In this document: piece by piece, positions 1-7,688 of the stretch
Layout of the letters: every line of letters starts with the position of its first letter
How positions within the stretch are numbered: position 1 is the first letter of the stretch
Assembly (NCBI GenBank): GCA_051294375.1
Contig: JBJCIZ010000938.1
Span: forward strand, 1 to 7,834
Direction: 5' to 3'
Source of the DNA: Paraspadella gotoi
Lineage: Eukaryota > Animalia > Chaetognatha
Length of the DNA: 7,834 nt
Translations under genes and position numbers: made by a program
The notes under the pieces: generated by a model
The model's input: only the letters and a program-made list of their open reading frames with translations
Told to the model about the DNA's origin: nothing
Database searches by the model: none

Positions 1-793
1 AAATAAGTAGAGAGATTTATATTTGCCTTAACCTACTTAACCTCTTTTACCTGATGAGAGGCTAGTCAGAACCTACCTTTACTAGATACCCGCATCTTCC
101 CAGTGGCGCGCCAATCAAAGGAGTGAGCGATCTTATTTGGTAACCGGGATGCCGGTTTCTGTTTTAAATAAAAAAAAACATCTTATTAATATTATTCTGA
201 AAAGTTTCTAAGCATCAAGCGTTAAACAAAAATGAAATTCTATAACACAATAGAAGAGCAGGCAAAATGCTACATTTTCATACTATACGTCCATTTAAAT
301 TTAACGCAAGTTTTAAAAGTTAAAGATATCAAAAGTTGATCGACAAATATGATGAGTTCATTGGGGAAAAGAATTACAATAAAGACTTTTTAGAATTATG
401 TGAAAATTGATCGATCTAAAAATTCCAGACGGCGGCTATAAAATGAGCCATAATTTTAGTATCTAGGGTTGAAGGACTCTGAGATATTGCTACTGGAAAT
501 GTTACAATTGAGAAAAATAAATTTTTATTAAAAATTAAAAATAAAAATTATTTGTTTGAGTCCCAAGTTTTAAAAAAGGATGAAAAAATATTAACTTGGA
601 AAAAAAATGAAAAAGCGGAAAAACGTGTTTTCTTTTTCGCTGCAGTTGGTTTGAGTTTCTTCATCGTTTTAAATTACGAATCGAGAGAAAAAGAAGGATT
701 TTTAAATTTAAATAATGACAAAATGTTTTTACTAATTTTTACCTCCAGAGACGGTTTTTGGTGGGTAATATTGAGGTTGGAGGAGTCATTTAT

Positions 794-958
794 TTGGGAC
801 TAGTGCATCGGTTGGTTTACAGGATGTAGCAGTGAGGACCCTCTTCAAATAAATGATTTTTTTTGGGGGATCTCAATTTCTACAACTTACCTGGTAATGG
901 CTAATGCGAGTACACTTACCAAAAAGCTTTAAAAAAACATCTCGCCTAAAACTAATAG
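794..958. repeat. Dispersed repeat module, copy A (inverted relative to 6334-6486)
   Basis: Colinear reverse-complement matches: CGGTTGGTTTAC 809-820 with GTAAACCAACCG 6458-6469; GGGGGATCTCA 865-875 with TGAGATCCCCC 6414-6424; ACTTACC 914-920 with GGTAAGT 6371-6377; TAATAG 953-958 with CTATTA 6334-6339. Confidence 0.8.
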
Positions 959-1312
959 GGCCGGATATGTGTAAAGCATGATTGTGTTTTATTGGTTACA
1001 AAATGTGTAAAAAAAGTTTTAAACCTTACTTTTTTGGATTAGGATAGGATTGGTTCTTGAATTAGATGATTTTTTTTGTATCCTTAATCTTTTTTAAGTT
1101 ATTTAAACTTTAAATAGCTATTTTATATTACTTATAGGATAATAAATTTATAATAAAGTTTAATAGTCGGTCCTGTGTCATTTTTTTTTCTAATAAAATT
1201 TTTTTTTGTTATTTCTATTCCTCTTTTAATTTTTCTTGATGATCTTTTTCTTTTACTTTTTTGAAATGATCTCATCAAAAAACCGCTGGGTTTATAGCTT
1301 CTGCTCTCTCTT

Positions 1313-1780
1313 TCACTTTATTTCCTTTTTCCTTTCATAAAATGATGTATGGAAAAAAATGACAGCAAAATTAAGGTAAAGCTTTTTTTCATAAATAAGT
1401 TTGGTCAGTCGTCCATTAAATTTATTTCTTAATTTTGTTGCTACTATTTATTGTTTAATTGAAGACAAAAAAGGCTTATGATTTTGTTTTTTGAGAATCT
1501 TGATGGTATTTATCAAAGCTTGCTTGGTTTTTGCCATATTTATATCTTAATTGAATAGATGCTTTTAACTTACATACCTTTTTTAAAAATCAGTAAGGCA
1601 GGATAGTAATAAATTAATTAATAATAATTTGCATATTTGTTATACAATTTTCATATATTATTTTGTTCTTCATAATTGATGGTAAATCAATAATATAATT
1701 TTTTCCCTAATTTAGTCATCCTTGATATATTTAAAGACATAATCTGCAAAACCTTGTGCCACCTTCTGTAATGTTTGATT
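1313..1780 (-). pseudogene. Decayed coding-like remnant, possibly the N-terminal part of a retroelement ORF
   Basis: Minus strand 1537->1313 translates MAKTKQALINTIKILKKQNHKPFLSSIKQ*IVATKLRNKFNGRLTKLIYEKKLYLNFAVIFFHTSFYERKKEIK*, with only one internal stop in 75 codons of very AT-rich DNA. Upstream, in another frame, it reads NQTLQKVAQGFADYVFKYIKDD*IREKLYY*. It lies just downstream of the minus-strand hammerhead arm. No RT or GIY-YIG motif was recognised. Confidence 0.3.
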
Positions 1781-1866
1781 TTTTTATTAAATTGGAATTA
1801 TTTTAATTTATTTTTTAACAAGGTTTACACATTTTTATATACTATTATTATAATATTTACCTATGA

Positions 1867-1993
1867 AAACAATTTTTTTTTTATTTATCCCGAGTACTCT
1901 GAGACCCAACTCTTCTGTTGATTCGAGTCTTCATCAGCTGATGAAGACTCGATCAACAGAGTCGAAACCTGTACTAATGAAATAAAAATTGTT
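1867..1993. repeat. Inverted repeat centred on CAG|CTG (1937/1938): junction of two inverted Penelope-like pLTR copies
   Basis: TCTGTTGATTCGAGTCTTCATCAG (1914-1937) is the reverse complement of CTGATGAAGACTCGATCAACAGA (1938-1960) apart from a 1-nt indel. The arms share further colinear words (GAGTY, GTACT, AAATAAAAA, ATTGTT). The minus arm holds a second hammerhead core (CTGATGA-A-GACTC...GAGTT-G) that lacks the AAAC of GAAAC. Confidence 0.8.
1930..1981 (+). ncRNA. Minimal type I hammerhead ribozyme motif (Penelope-like retroelement type)
   Basis: Core CTGATGA at 1938-1944, extra A1945, perfect stem II GACTC (1946-1950)/GAGTC (1959-1963), and GAAA at 1964-1967. Minimal stem III AC-ct-GT (ACCTGT, one change from palindromic ACCGGT) with putative cleavage triplet GTA at 1971-1973. 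Possible stem I TTCATCAG (1930-1937)/CTAATGAA (1974-1981), 7 of 8 paired. Core and stem II are clear; stems I and III are less certain. Confidence 0.7.
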
Positions 1994-2166
1994 GTATTGG
2001 CAGGCCAATAAACAATTCCTAATAAGTTTTTTACCTTTATAATTAGATATCAAAAATGGAAATCGCATAATGAATAGAAACGTTAATACAAATTTTATGT
2101 ACATTTTTCAGCGTATGGCATGTATATGAAATCGCACCAGTTTATGTCCGCTCGGTCGGAAAAATT

Positions 2167-2988
2167 TGTAGAATCCCAAAGGACTTGGTCTTTGGATTGG
2201 TAAAGATGCTTGGATAAGACAGAAGAGAGTTAGAGGTAGGGAGGATATACGACTTTTAGTTTCCTTTCTCAAAGAACAAACTAAAAACTATTCTGGCAAT
2301 TGGTGCCAATCTAAACTTTTCGGAAGGTAATTTCTCTAAGTGGAGGATTGGGATGGTTCATAGCCACCTTCCTCACTTCCTCCCAGACACCAGGGGAGCA
2401 CCTGGGTCTGGGACGACAGCGTCCCCAGGGGAGCAGGAACCATAATTGGACGAAACCGGGAAAGACATTAAAAGGACTGATAAAGTCCGGATGGGCAAAG
2501 GTGATAATTTAATGAAATTATTATTTTAAATATAATATCACATTTAAAATAAAATAAATAGTTTTTTCTTTTATATTGTTTGATCGTCTTGGATCCCTCA
2601 TCCGTACTTCGTAATAGGGGGGTTGCCGATTGAAGCAGAGAATATCACCAACATATTCATTCAAAAATGGGCGGGGAATATCGAGAACTTCGGTTCCAGT
2701 CTCAAGCGAATTCCTTTGCCCTGGTAGGAGCGAGTGATTTGGAGGTGCGCGAAAATGGAACGGCGCACCAAGAGATGGTGAAGTTGGGGAGCACGTGTTG
2801 AAGGGAATAAAGAGAGAGGAGAGTGAGGAAAACAAGATTGGGGACGGTAAATAATGTTTATTTATTAGCTTTAGTATTTTAATTATTATTGGTTTTTTTA
2901 TTAATTGTTTAAATAATTGATTTTGAGTTATAATATTTCTTTGTTTCATTGATTAAATGTAGCCTGCAATTGGAATAGGGTTACGACA
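2167..2988. mobile_element. Probable solo LTR (~820 bp) of an LTR retrotransposon
   Basis: A block clearly more GC-rich than its flanks, starting TGTAGAATCCC (2167) and ending GGGTTACGACA (2988): canonical TG...CA ends with an 8/11 terminal inverted repeat. No exact TSD (AATT vs CATG) and no clear PBS or PPT, so orientation is unresolved. Confidence 0.55.
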
Positions 2989-3102
2989 CATGAAAAATAA
3001 ACGTGGCGTTACTGTCTCGTGCCTGATTTTGTCCCTTTAAATTGTTTCTTCCTGAGCAAATTAATTGATTATACTTTGGTAATATGTGCGATAATACACT
3101 AA

Positions 3103-3725
3103 GGCGTAGTAAAATTTCTAAATTTAACTTTAATTAAAATTCTAAAAAGTGAGGAAACGAACAACAATTAATACTAATGAACATTTTCATGTTAAAAAAG
3201 ATTTATAAAATTGTTCAATTTACGCAAGTAGGCCATATTTTATACTAGTACTAATCCATAAAATGTTAAAAATTTCAAAACAGTTTTTTCTAAGTTTTTT
3301 TGGCAGATTTGGATTCGTCATAAAAAGTTGATAAAAAGAAATATAACTTTTTAAAAAGATTCCTTCATTAAGTTGGGTTCAAAAAATTAGAAAAAGCTAT
3401 ATTTAAGCTGAAAATCAACTTTTTATATATTAAATGATAGTTTTTTGTATTTTTTAACCACTGTAATGAAAGAATTTTTAAAAAATAATTTATACTTTCT
3501 TTTATCACTTTTGAACGAGGAAATTCCAAATCTGCCAATCACAAATTAAGAGAAAGCCTATTTTGAAATTTTTCGATTTTATAAGGAATATACTATATAT
3601 AAATATAGCCTACTGCGAAATTAAAAAACATAAAATTAATTTTTTTTACAAATTAATGTTTACTGAATGGTATGTTTGTTCATAATTGACCTTTAAGAAA
3701 TTTTCGTACGTAACTTTCACTACCC
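3103..3725. mobile_element. Fold-back non-autonomous DNA transposon (MITE-like, TTAA|GG termini, Kolobok-like)
   Basis: The whole element is a degenerate palindrome centred at ~3415. TTGGCAGATTTGGA 3300-3313 / TCCAAATCTGCCAA 3525-3538 (14/14); CGCAAGTAGGCCATATTT 3223-3240 / AAATATAGCCTACTGCG 3601-3617; ends CTAA|GGCGTAGT and ACTACCC|TTAA (3726-3729). TTAA targets with purine-purine termini are characteristic of Kolobok-type elements; the superfamily call is inference. Confidence 0.7.
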
Positions 3726-3769
3726 TTAATATACACTATGGACATTATGTGTCTGACCATAACCCTTGG

Positions 3770-4465
3770 ACCATCAACAAAAAAGCTAATTAGAATCAAA
3801 TTAGTAAAAAAGATGATGCAATATCGCTCAAAACGCTTACAAAATTTTAGACCATTGCCTTATTATAAATGCAAAAAAAAAATTAATATTATTAAAACAA
3901 AACTTTAATCGATAACTTAATAGTTAACCGAACCAAGATGAATATTTTTTACCCATATTTTCTTCAATTTTATAATGAATCATATGTTTTTGTAAATTAT
4001 CAATTAATCTAAATAACAATATGACAAATTCATTTTTCAATTTTTTTTATGAATGGGAAGTTTTTTCTCTGCTTATTCCTTGTGTTTAATTATTATATTT
4101 TGAAGGTATTTCTAAAAACTTATATAATTAACTATATTTTTTCAACTTTTTCAATTCTTTCAAACAAAAACAACATCATAAAAACATTTTAAATTAATAA
4201 GAAAAAAATTGATTGAATGATTTTGTGAAAAAAATATTTTGAAACTTGGAGAATAATGGATTTCGAGTTAGGAAAAAATATTTTTGCAATTCTAAAAAAA
4301 TCAGCCTCTAGCCTTTCAAATTTTTCTAGAGTGATTTTTTTAATTTTTTTGAATATTTTGATTTCTATGCAAACCATTATTCTCAATGAAGCATAGGTAG
4401 AGGAAATTTTTTTGCCAACAATTTGAAAAAATTTCAACTTTTTTAATTAGGCTTTTTTGGGGAAA
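3770..4465. mobile_element. Degenerate fold-back repeat (MITE-like), centre ~4115
   Basis: AAAAAAGCTAATTA 3779-3792 / TAATTAGGCTTTTTT 4444-4458; CCATATTTTCTTCAATTT 3953-3970 / AAACTTGGAGAATAATGG 4242-4259; GACAAATTCATTTTTCAATTTTTTT 4023-4047 / AAAAAAATTGATTGAATGATTTTGTG 4202-4227. Termini not resolved. Confidence 0.55.
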
Positions 4466-4699
4466 TAATAAATAATTATTATACAATGGGTAATAATCTT
4501 TGAAAGTGATATGGTTCTCTAAATGACAAAAAAATTTCTTCAGTTTATTTTAAAATTAAGTATTTGTATCAATAGAAATAAGTGAGATCTCCCGCTTTGC
4601 CGAAATTTTTATTTAGACAAAGAAAATTGTACTGCGAAGTTTGATAAAAGTTATTTTTTTTAAATAACTTTTTGAAAGAAAAGAGCTAGCAAAGATTGG

Positions 4700-5065
4700 G
4701 TGTGGTATCAAATTAAAGCCCTAATCATGGGCACAACTTCTAAAAAGTTTTTTATTAAATTAAATGCTATAAATCTTTGAGCGAGCGGGGCTTTTGTTTA
4801 AATCAGAGTTAAAAGTATAACAGTTTTTTTTGCTTTAAGGAAATTTCAATGAAAGGCATATGAAATTTTTTATTTTCTTTTGTAATTTGAAAAAGAAAGA
4901 CTGAATTATATTTTGATTATTATTAAATTTTCTTTTAATTCCATAAAACTGTTATATTTTTAAGTTAAAGTAAAACAAGCAAAAATTTATATTGTAAGCT
5001 GATAAAATGTCTTTTAGAATATCAAAAATGATAAATACAAAAATGTTTTCAGCTTGATATAAACA
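4700..5065. mobile_element. Degenerate fold-back repeat (MITE-like), centre ~4886
   Basis: TTAAAAGTATAACAGTTTT 4809-4827 / AAAACTGTTATATTTTTAA 4945-4963 (18/19), plus outer symmetric words TTCTAAAA/TTTTAGAA and TATCAA/TTGATA. May extend further out. Confidence 0.55.
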
Positions 5066-5611
5066 GTTTCTGGGACATCTACTTCTTGTCTGTGTGAAAA
5101 AAAAATCGGCCATTTTTAATTATCTTTAACTGCAAACTAAAAGCTTGAACACACTGCTTTGTTTTATCAATAATAAAGTTTTTAAAAATTATATAGCTGG
5201 CAATATATTTGACAAAGCAAGACATCATTGTGTTAAATTGTATTGATAATTTTCTTTTAATATAGCAAAGGAATTTAATTCTATTATTTATCATCCATTT
5301 TAATTAAAAAAAAAAATATTTCTCGTATAGCCCATTGGAAGGGTTTCATTGACTGACTTAATGATGAAATTTTTAGATTTCTTTAACTGCCCCATTTCAA
5401 GATATAAAAGGTCATGGTTTATATATCAAAAAAGTCCAGATTATCTGTACCCTTTCTCAAACCTGCATTCCCAATTTTCTTTTTTTTTTCCCTTTCAAAT
5501 GTTATTAAAATAAAAAAAATTAGTTTGAGAGAACAATCCGGGCGTGGAGGATGCATTTGGGTAAGGCCTTAGTTAACCCCACTTCCAGATCGAATTTTAA
5601 ATGAGGTTTTT

Positions 5612-6100
5612 TTTCCATCTATTTGAGACATAACACTAACTATTGGTAAACTATTATTTTTTTTTATTTTTTTCTATTTACAATTCTAGGAAATAAATAT
5701 AATAAGTAAACTTTTTTAAAAAAATTATTCATCTTTCAACCCTATAATTCGCGTCAATATCTAAAAAACAAAAAAAAAGAATTTGCATGTATTTTGGATA
5801 TCGACAATGAAACTATAAATTTAAAAAAATAAAAAGAATATAAATAATATTAACAGTGATTTTTTTTATGCATCGGAACAGTAACGTTAACGCCATTTTT
5901 CATTGTGTCCGTACTTTAATTTTGAAATTTATATAGTTTGTCATCTTTAATTAATATTGGGTTAGATTACTTTGTAGATTTTTTATTTGTTTAAGTTATG
6001 TAATATTATTATTTTGATTTTTTATATAGTTTTTTTTTTTATTATTAGTAGTTGGTATATTAGATAGAGTTATTTTATAATACTTTGAGATGGATGTTTA
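5612..6100. mobile_element. Degenerate fold-back repeat (MITE-like), centre ~5860
   Basis: ATAACACTAACTATT 5630-5644 / ATTAGATAGAGTTAT 6059-6073; CATCTATT 5616-5623 / ...GATGGATG 6089-6096; AAACTATAAATTT 5810-5822 / AAATTTATATAGTTT 5925-5939. The region is very AT-rich, so chance matches are possible. Confidence 0.4.
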
Positions 6101-6333
6101 CTATATTCCTTATAAGTAACTCTATTATTAATATAAGAATGTAGCTACGCCTTTCGATAGACCTGACTGACCAATCTAACCTCCAAAATAAATATAATTC
6201 AGTCATAGATAACAATATAATATACAGTATTATTTCTTTTCTATTTGAAGATATCTACAAACTTTCCAAAATAGCGAACTAATTTTGTAGAATGTACAAG
6301 CGATTATAAAGCATATGTATACGCTTAAAAGTT

Positions 6334-6486
6334 CTATTATTTTACGAGAGGTCGGTTTTTTCCTATTTTGGGTAAGTACGTCGATAATCAGCCGTCACGG
6401 GTTAGTTTAGAAATGAGATCCCCCTAAAATATCCTATTTGGGGTCTTACGCTGTGAAGTAAACCAACCGGCAATGCCCTTGTCCAA
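6334..6486. repeat. Dispersed repeat module, copy B (inverted relative to 794-958)
   Basis: Same colinear anchors as copy A, with many substitutions and indels between anchors, consistent with old copies. Confidence 0.8.
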
Positions 6487-6519
6487 TGAGTTAATTTTAT
6501 TTTCCTCTGGGTATTGAGT

Positions 6520-6665
6520 GAGAGAGAGAGAGAGAGAGATGCGGAGAAACGAAAGCGAAAAGGGGAGAGAGAGAGAGAGAGAGAGAAGAGAGAGAACAGA
6601 AGAGAGAGAGAGAGAGAGTGAGAGAGGAGAGAGATAAAGAACGAGAGAAACGAAACGAAAAGGGG

Positions 6666-6740
<75 letters not shown>

Positions 6741-6768
6741 AAGAAAGAGAGAAACGAAACGAAAAGGG

Positions 6769-6801
<33 letters not shown>

Positions 6802-6974
6802 TAAAGAAAAACGAGAGAAACGAAACGAAAAGGGGGAGAGAGAGAGAGAAGAGAGAGAGAAGAGAGATAAAGAAAACGAGAAGAAACGAAACGAAAAGGG
6901 GAGAGAGAGAGAGATATAGAGAGAGAGAGAGATAAAGAAACGAGAGAAACGAAAAGGGGAGGGAGGGAGAGAGA
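6520..6974 (+). repeat. Compound (GA)n microsatellite/minisatellite
   Basis: (GA)n tracts interrupted six times by a unit of consensus GATAAAGAAAACGAGAGAAACGAAACGAAAAGGGG, at ~6546 (partial), 6633, 6738, 6800, 6866 and 6931. Confidence 0.97.
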
Positions 6975-7126
6975 TTTGATTTGAATAGATTCTATTGCAC
7001 CTGGAATGTTTTATCATTCCTTAAGGCGACATTAGTTCAACAGTGTGTTACATTAAAATTTTTATGTCTACTACAATTATAGACCGTGAATAAAAGCTTC
7101 TTACTGAACAGAACTGTACATGTTCA

Positions 7127-7163
7127 ATATCCTAGTTTGACATAATCGATATCCTAGTTTGAC
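7127..7163 (+). repeat. 15-bp exact direct repeat within the LTR
   Basis: ATATCCTAGTTTGAC at 7127-7141 and 7149-7163 (22-bp period). Confidence 0.9.
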
Positions 7164-7456
7164 TCAAATCCTATTCCCCAACTTTCTTCACTCTACAAAA
7201 AATAAAGACAGATTTAATAACACAGATTCGGTGCTATATAGTAGCACTGTCGTTTGCTAAAAAGTATTTTAACACAAGTTGCAGTAAACATTGGTACAGT
7301 AAATAGCAATAAGAGTTCATTTACGGCTATGTAATTATACATAGAGGAGGCAATAATTACGGAAATATCTACAGGTATTACGAGCTACACCCTTCTAGGT
7401 GTATAATTTCGTGGTCCGCCAATCATACTAGATAAAAGTTTCGTATCAGTATAAAT

Positions 7457-7530
7457 CTTACGAAAACAAAAACTTACGAAAACGAAAACAAAATCTTACA
7501 AAAACAGAGCACTCTTCTTACGGAGACAAA
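7457..7530 (+). repeat. Four-copy CTTACRRARAC repeat in the putative U3
   Basis: CTTACGAAAAC at 7457 and 7473, CTTACAAAAAC at 7495, CTTACGGAGAC at 7517. Confidence 0.8.
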
Positions 7531-7537
7531 TAACACA

Positions 7538-7572
7538 TGACCGGCCCCACTGCTCCCCTATCCCCTATCCCC
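7538..7572 (-). promoter_or_regulatory. Polypurine-tract-like region with four G4 runs
   Basis: The plus strand has CCCC at 7545-7548, 7555-7558, 7562-7565 and 7569-7572, abutting the LTR boundary at 7537. Confidence 0.55.
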
Positions 7573-7688
7573 GACGTCGAGGAATGAGTCAATCGGCCTT
7601 GAAACAAGGAGATGCAGAGGATCGTCAGTTTAGGTGTGTCAAGTCTCCAGTCAGGTTGTCTGTAATCTCGTTGTTTGTTATTTCGTTG

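Larger units (their letters stand above)
7044..7537 (-). mobile_element. 3' LTR (494 bp) of an LTR retrotransposon
   Basis: Perfect 7-bp terminal inverted repeat TGTGTTA (7044-7050)/TAACACA (7531-7537). On the minus strand it is directly preceded by a G-rich purine tract (GGGGATAGGGGATAGGGGAGCAGTGGGGCCGGTCA|TGT), and contains short tandem repeats near its 5' end and a TATATA followed by ATTAAA (~7240->7213). Confidence 0.65.

Noticed and set aside
51-110. Active hammerhead at CTGATGAG
   Set aside because: No GAAA follows a closable stem II, so it is kept only as a possible eroded relic.
552-803. 83-aa ORF
   Set aside because: Non-ATG start, homopolymer-driven K/F composition and no recognisable motif.
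885-900. U1 snRNA 5' end (ACTTACCTGG)
   Set aside because: The match stops after 10 nt, with no U1 stem-loops or Sm site.
2147-2166. Primer-binding site next to the solo LTR
   Set aside because: The minus-strand flank AATTTTTCCGACCGAGCGGA lacks the TGG start, and I cannot match it confidently to a tRNA 3' end.
2350-2440. HDV-like ribozyme near CCACCTTCCTCAC
   Set aside because: P3 cannot be closed and no nested double pseudoknot could be built by eye.
2521-2949. 142-aa minus-strand ORF
   Set aside because: It lies inside the putative solo LTR, has low-complexity K/I/N and S/P segments, and shows no recognisable domain.
4189-5294. 82-aa and 71-aa minus-strand ORFs
   Set aside because: F/K/I-rich chance frames within or next to AT-rich fold-back repeats.
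6343-6362. mariner-like TIR (TACGAGAGGTCGGTTTTTT)
   Set aside because: No partner TIR, and the segment aligns as part of the 794-958/6334-6486 module.
6402-7017. Three ORFs of 101, 197 and 105 aa (SL- and ER-rich)
   Set aside because: They are translations of the (GA)n/(TC)n satellite, which lacks stop codons by composition.
6540-7165. CRISPR array (repeat units with spacers)
   Set aside because: Spacers are (GA)n rather than unique sequence, the 15-bp repeat has only two copies, there are no cas genes, and the context appears eukaryotic.
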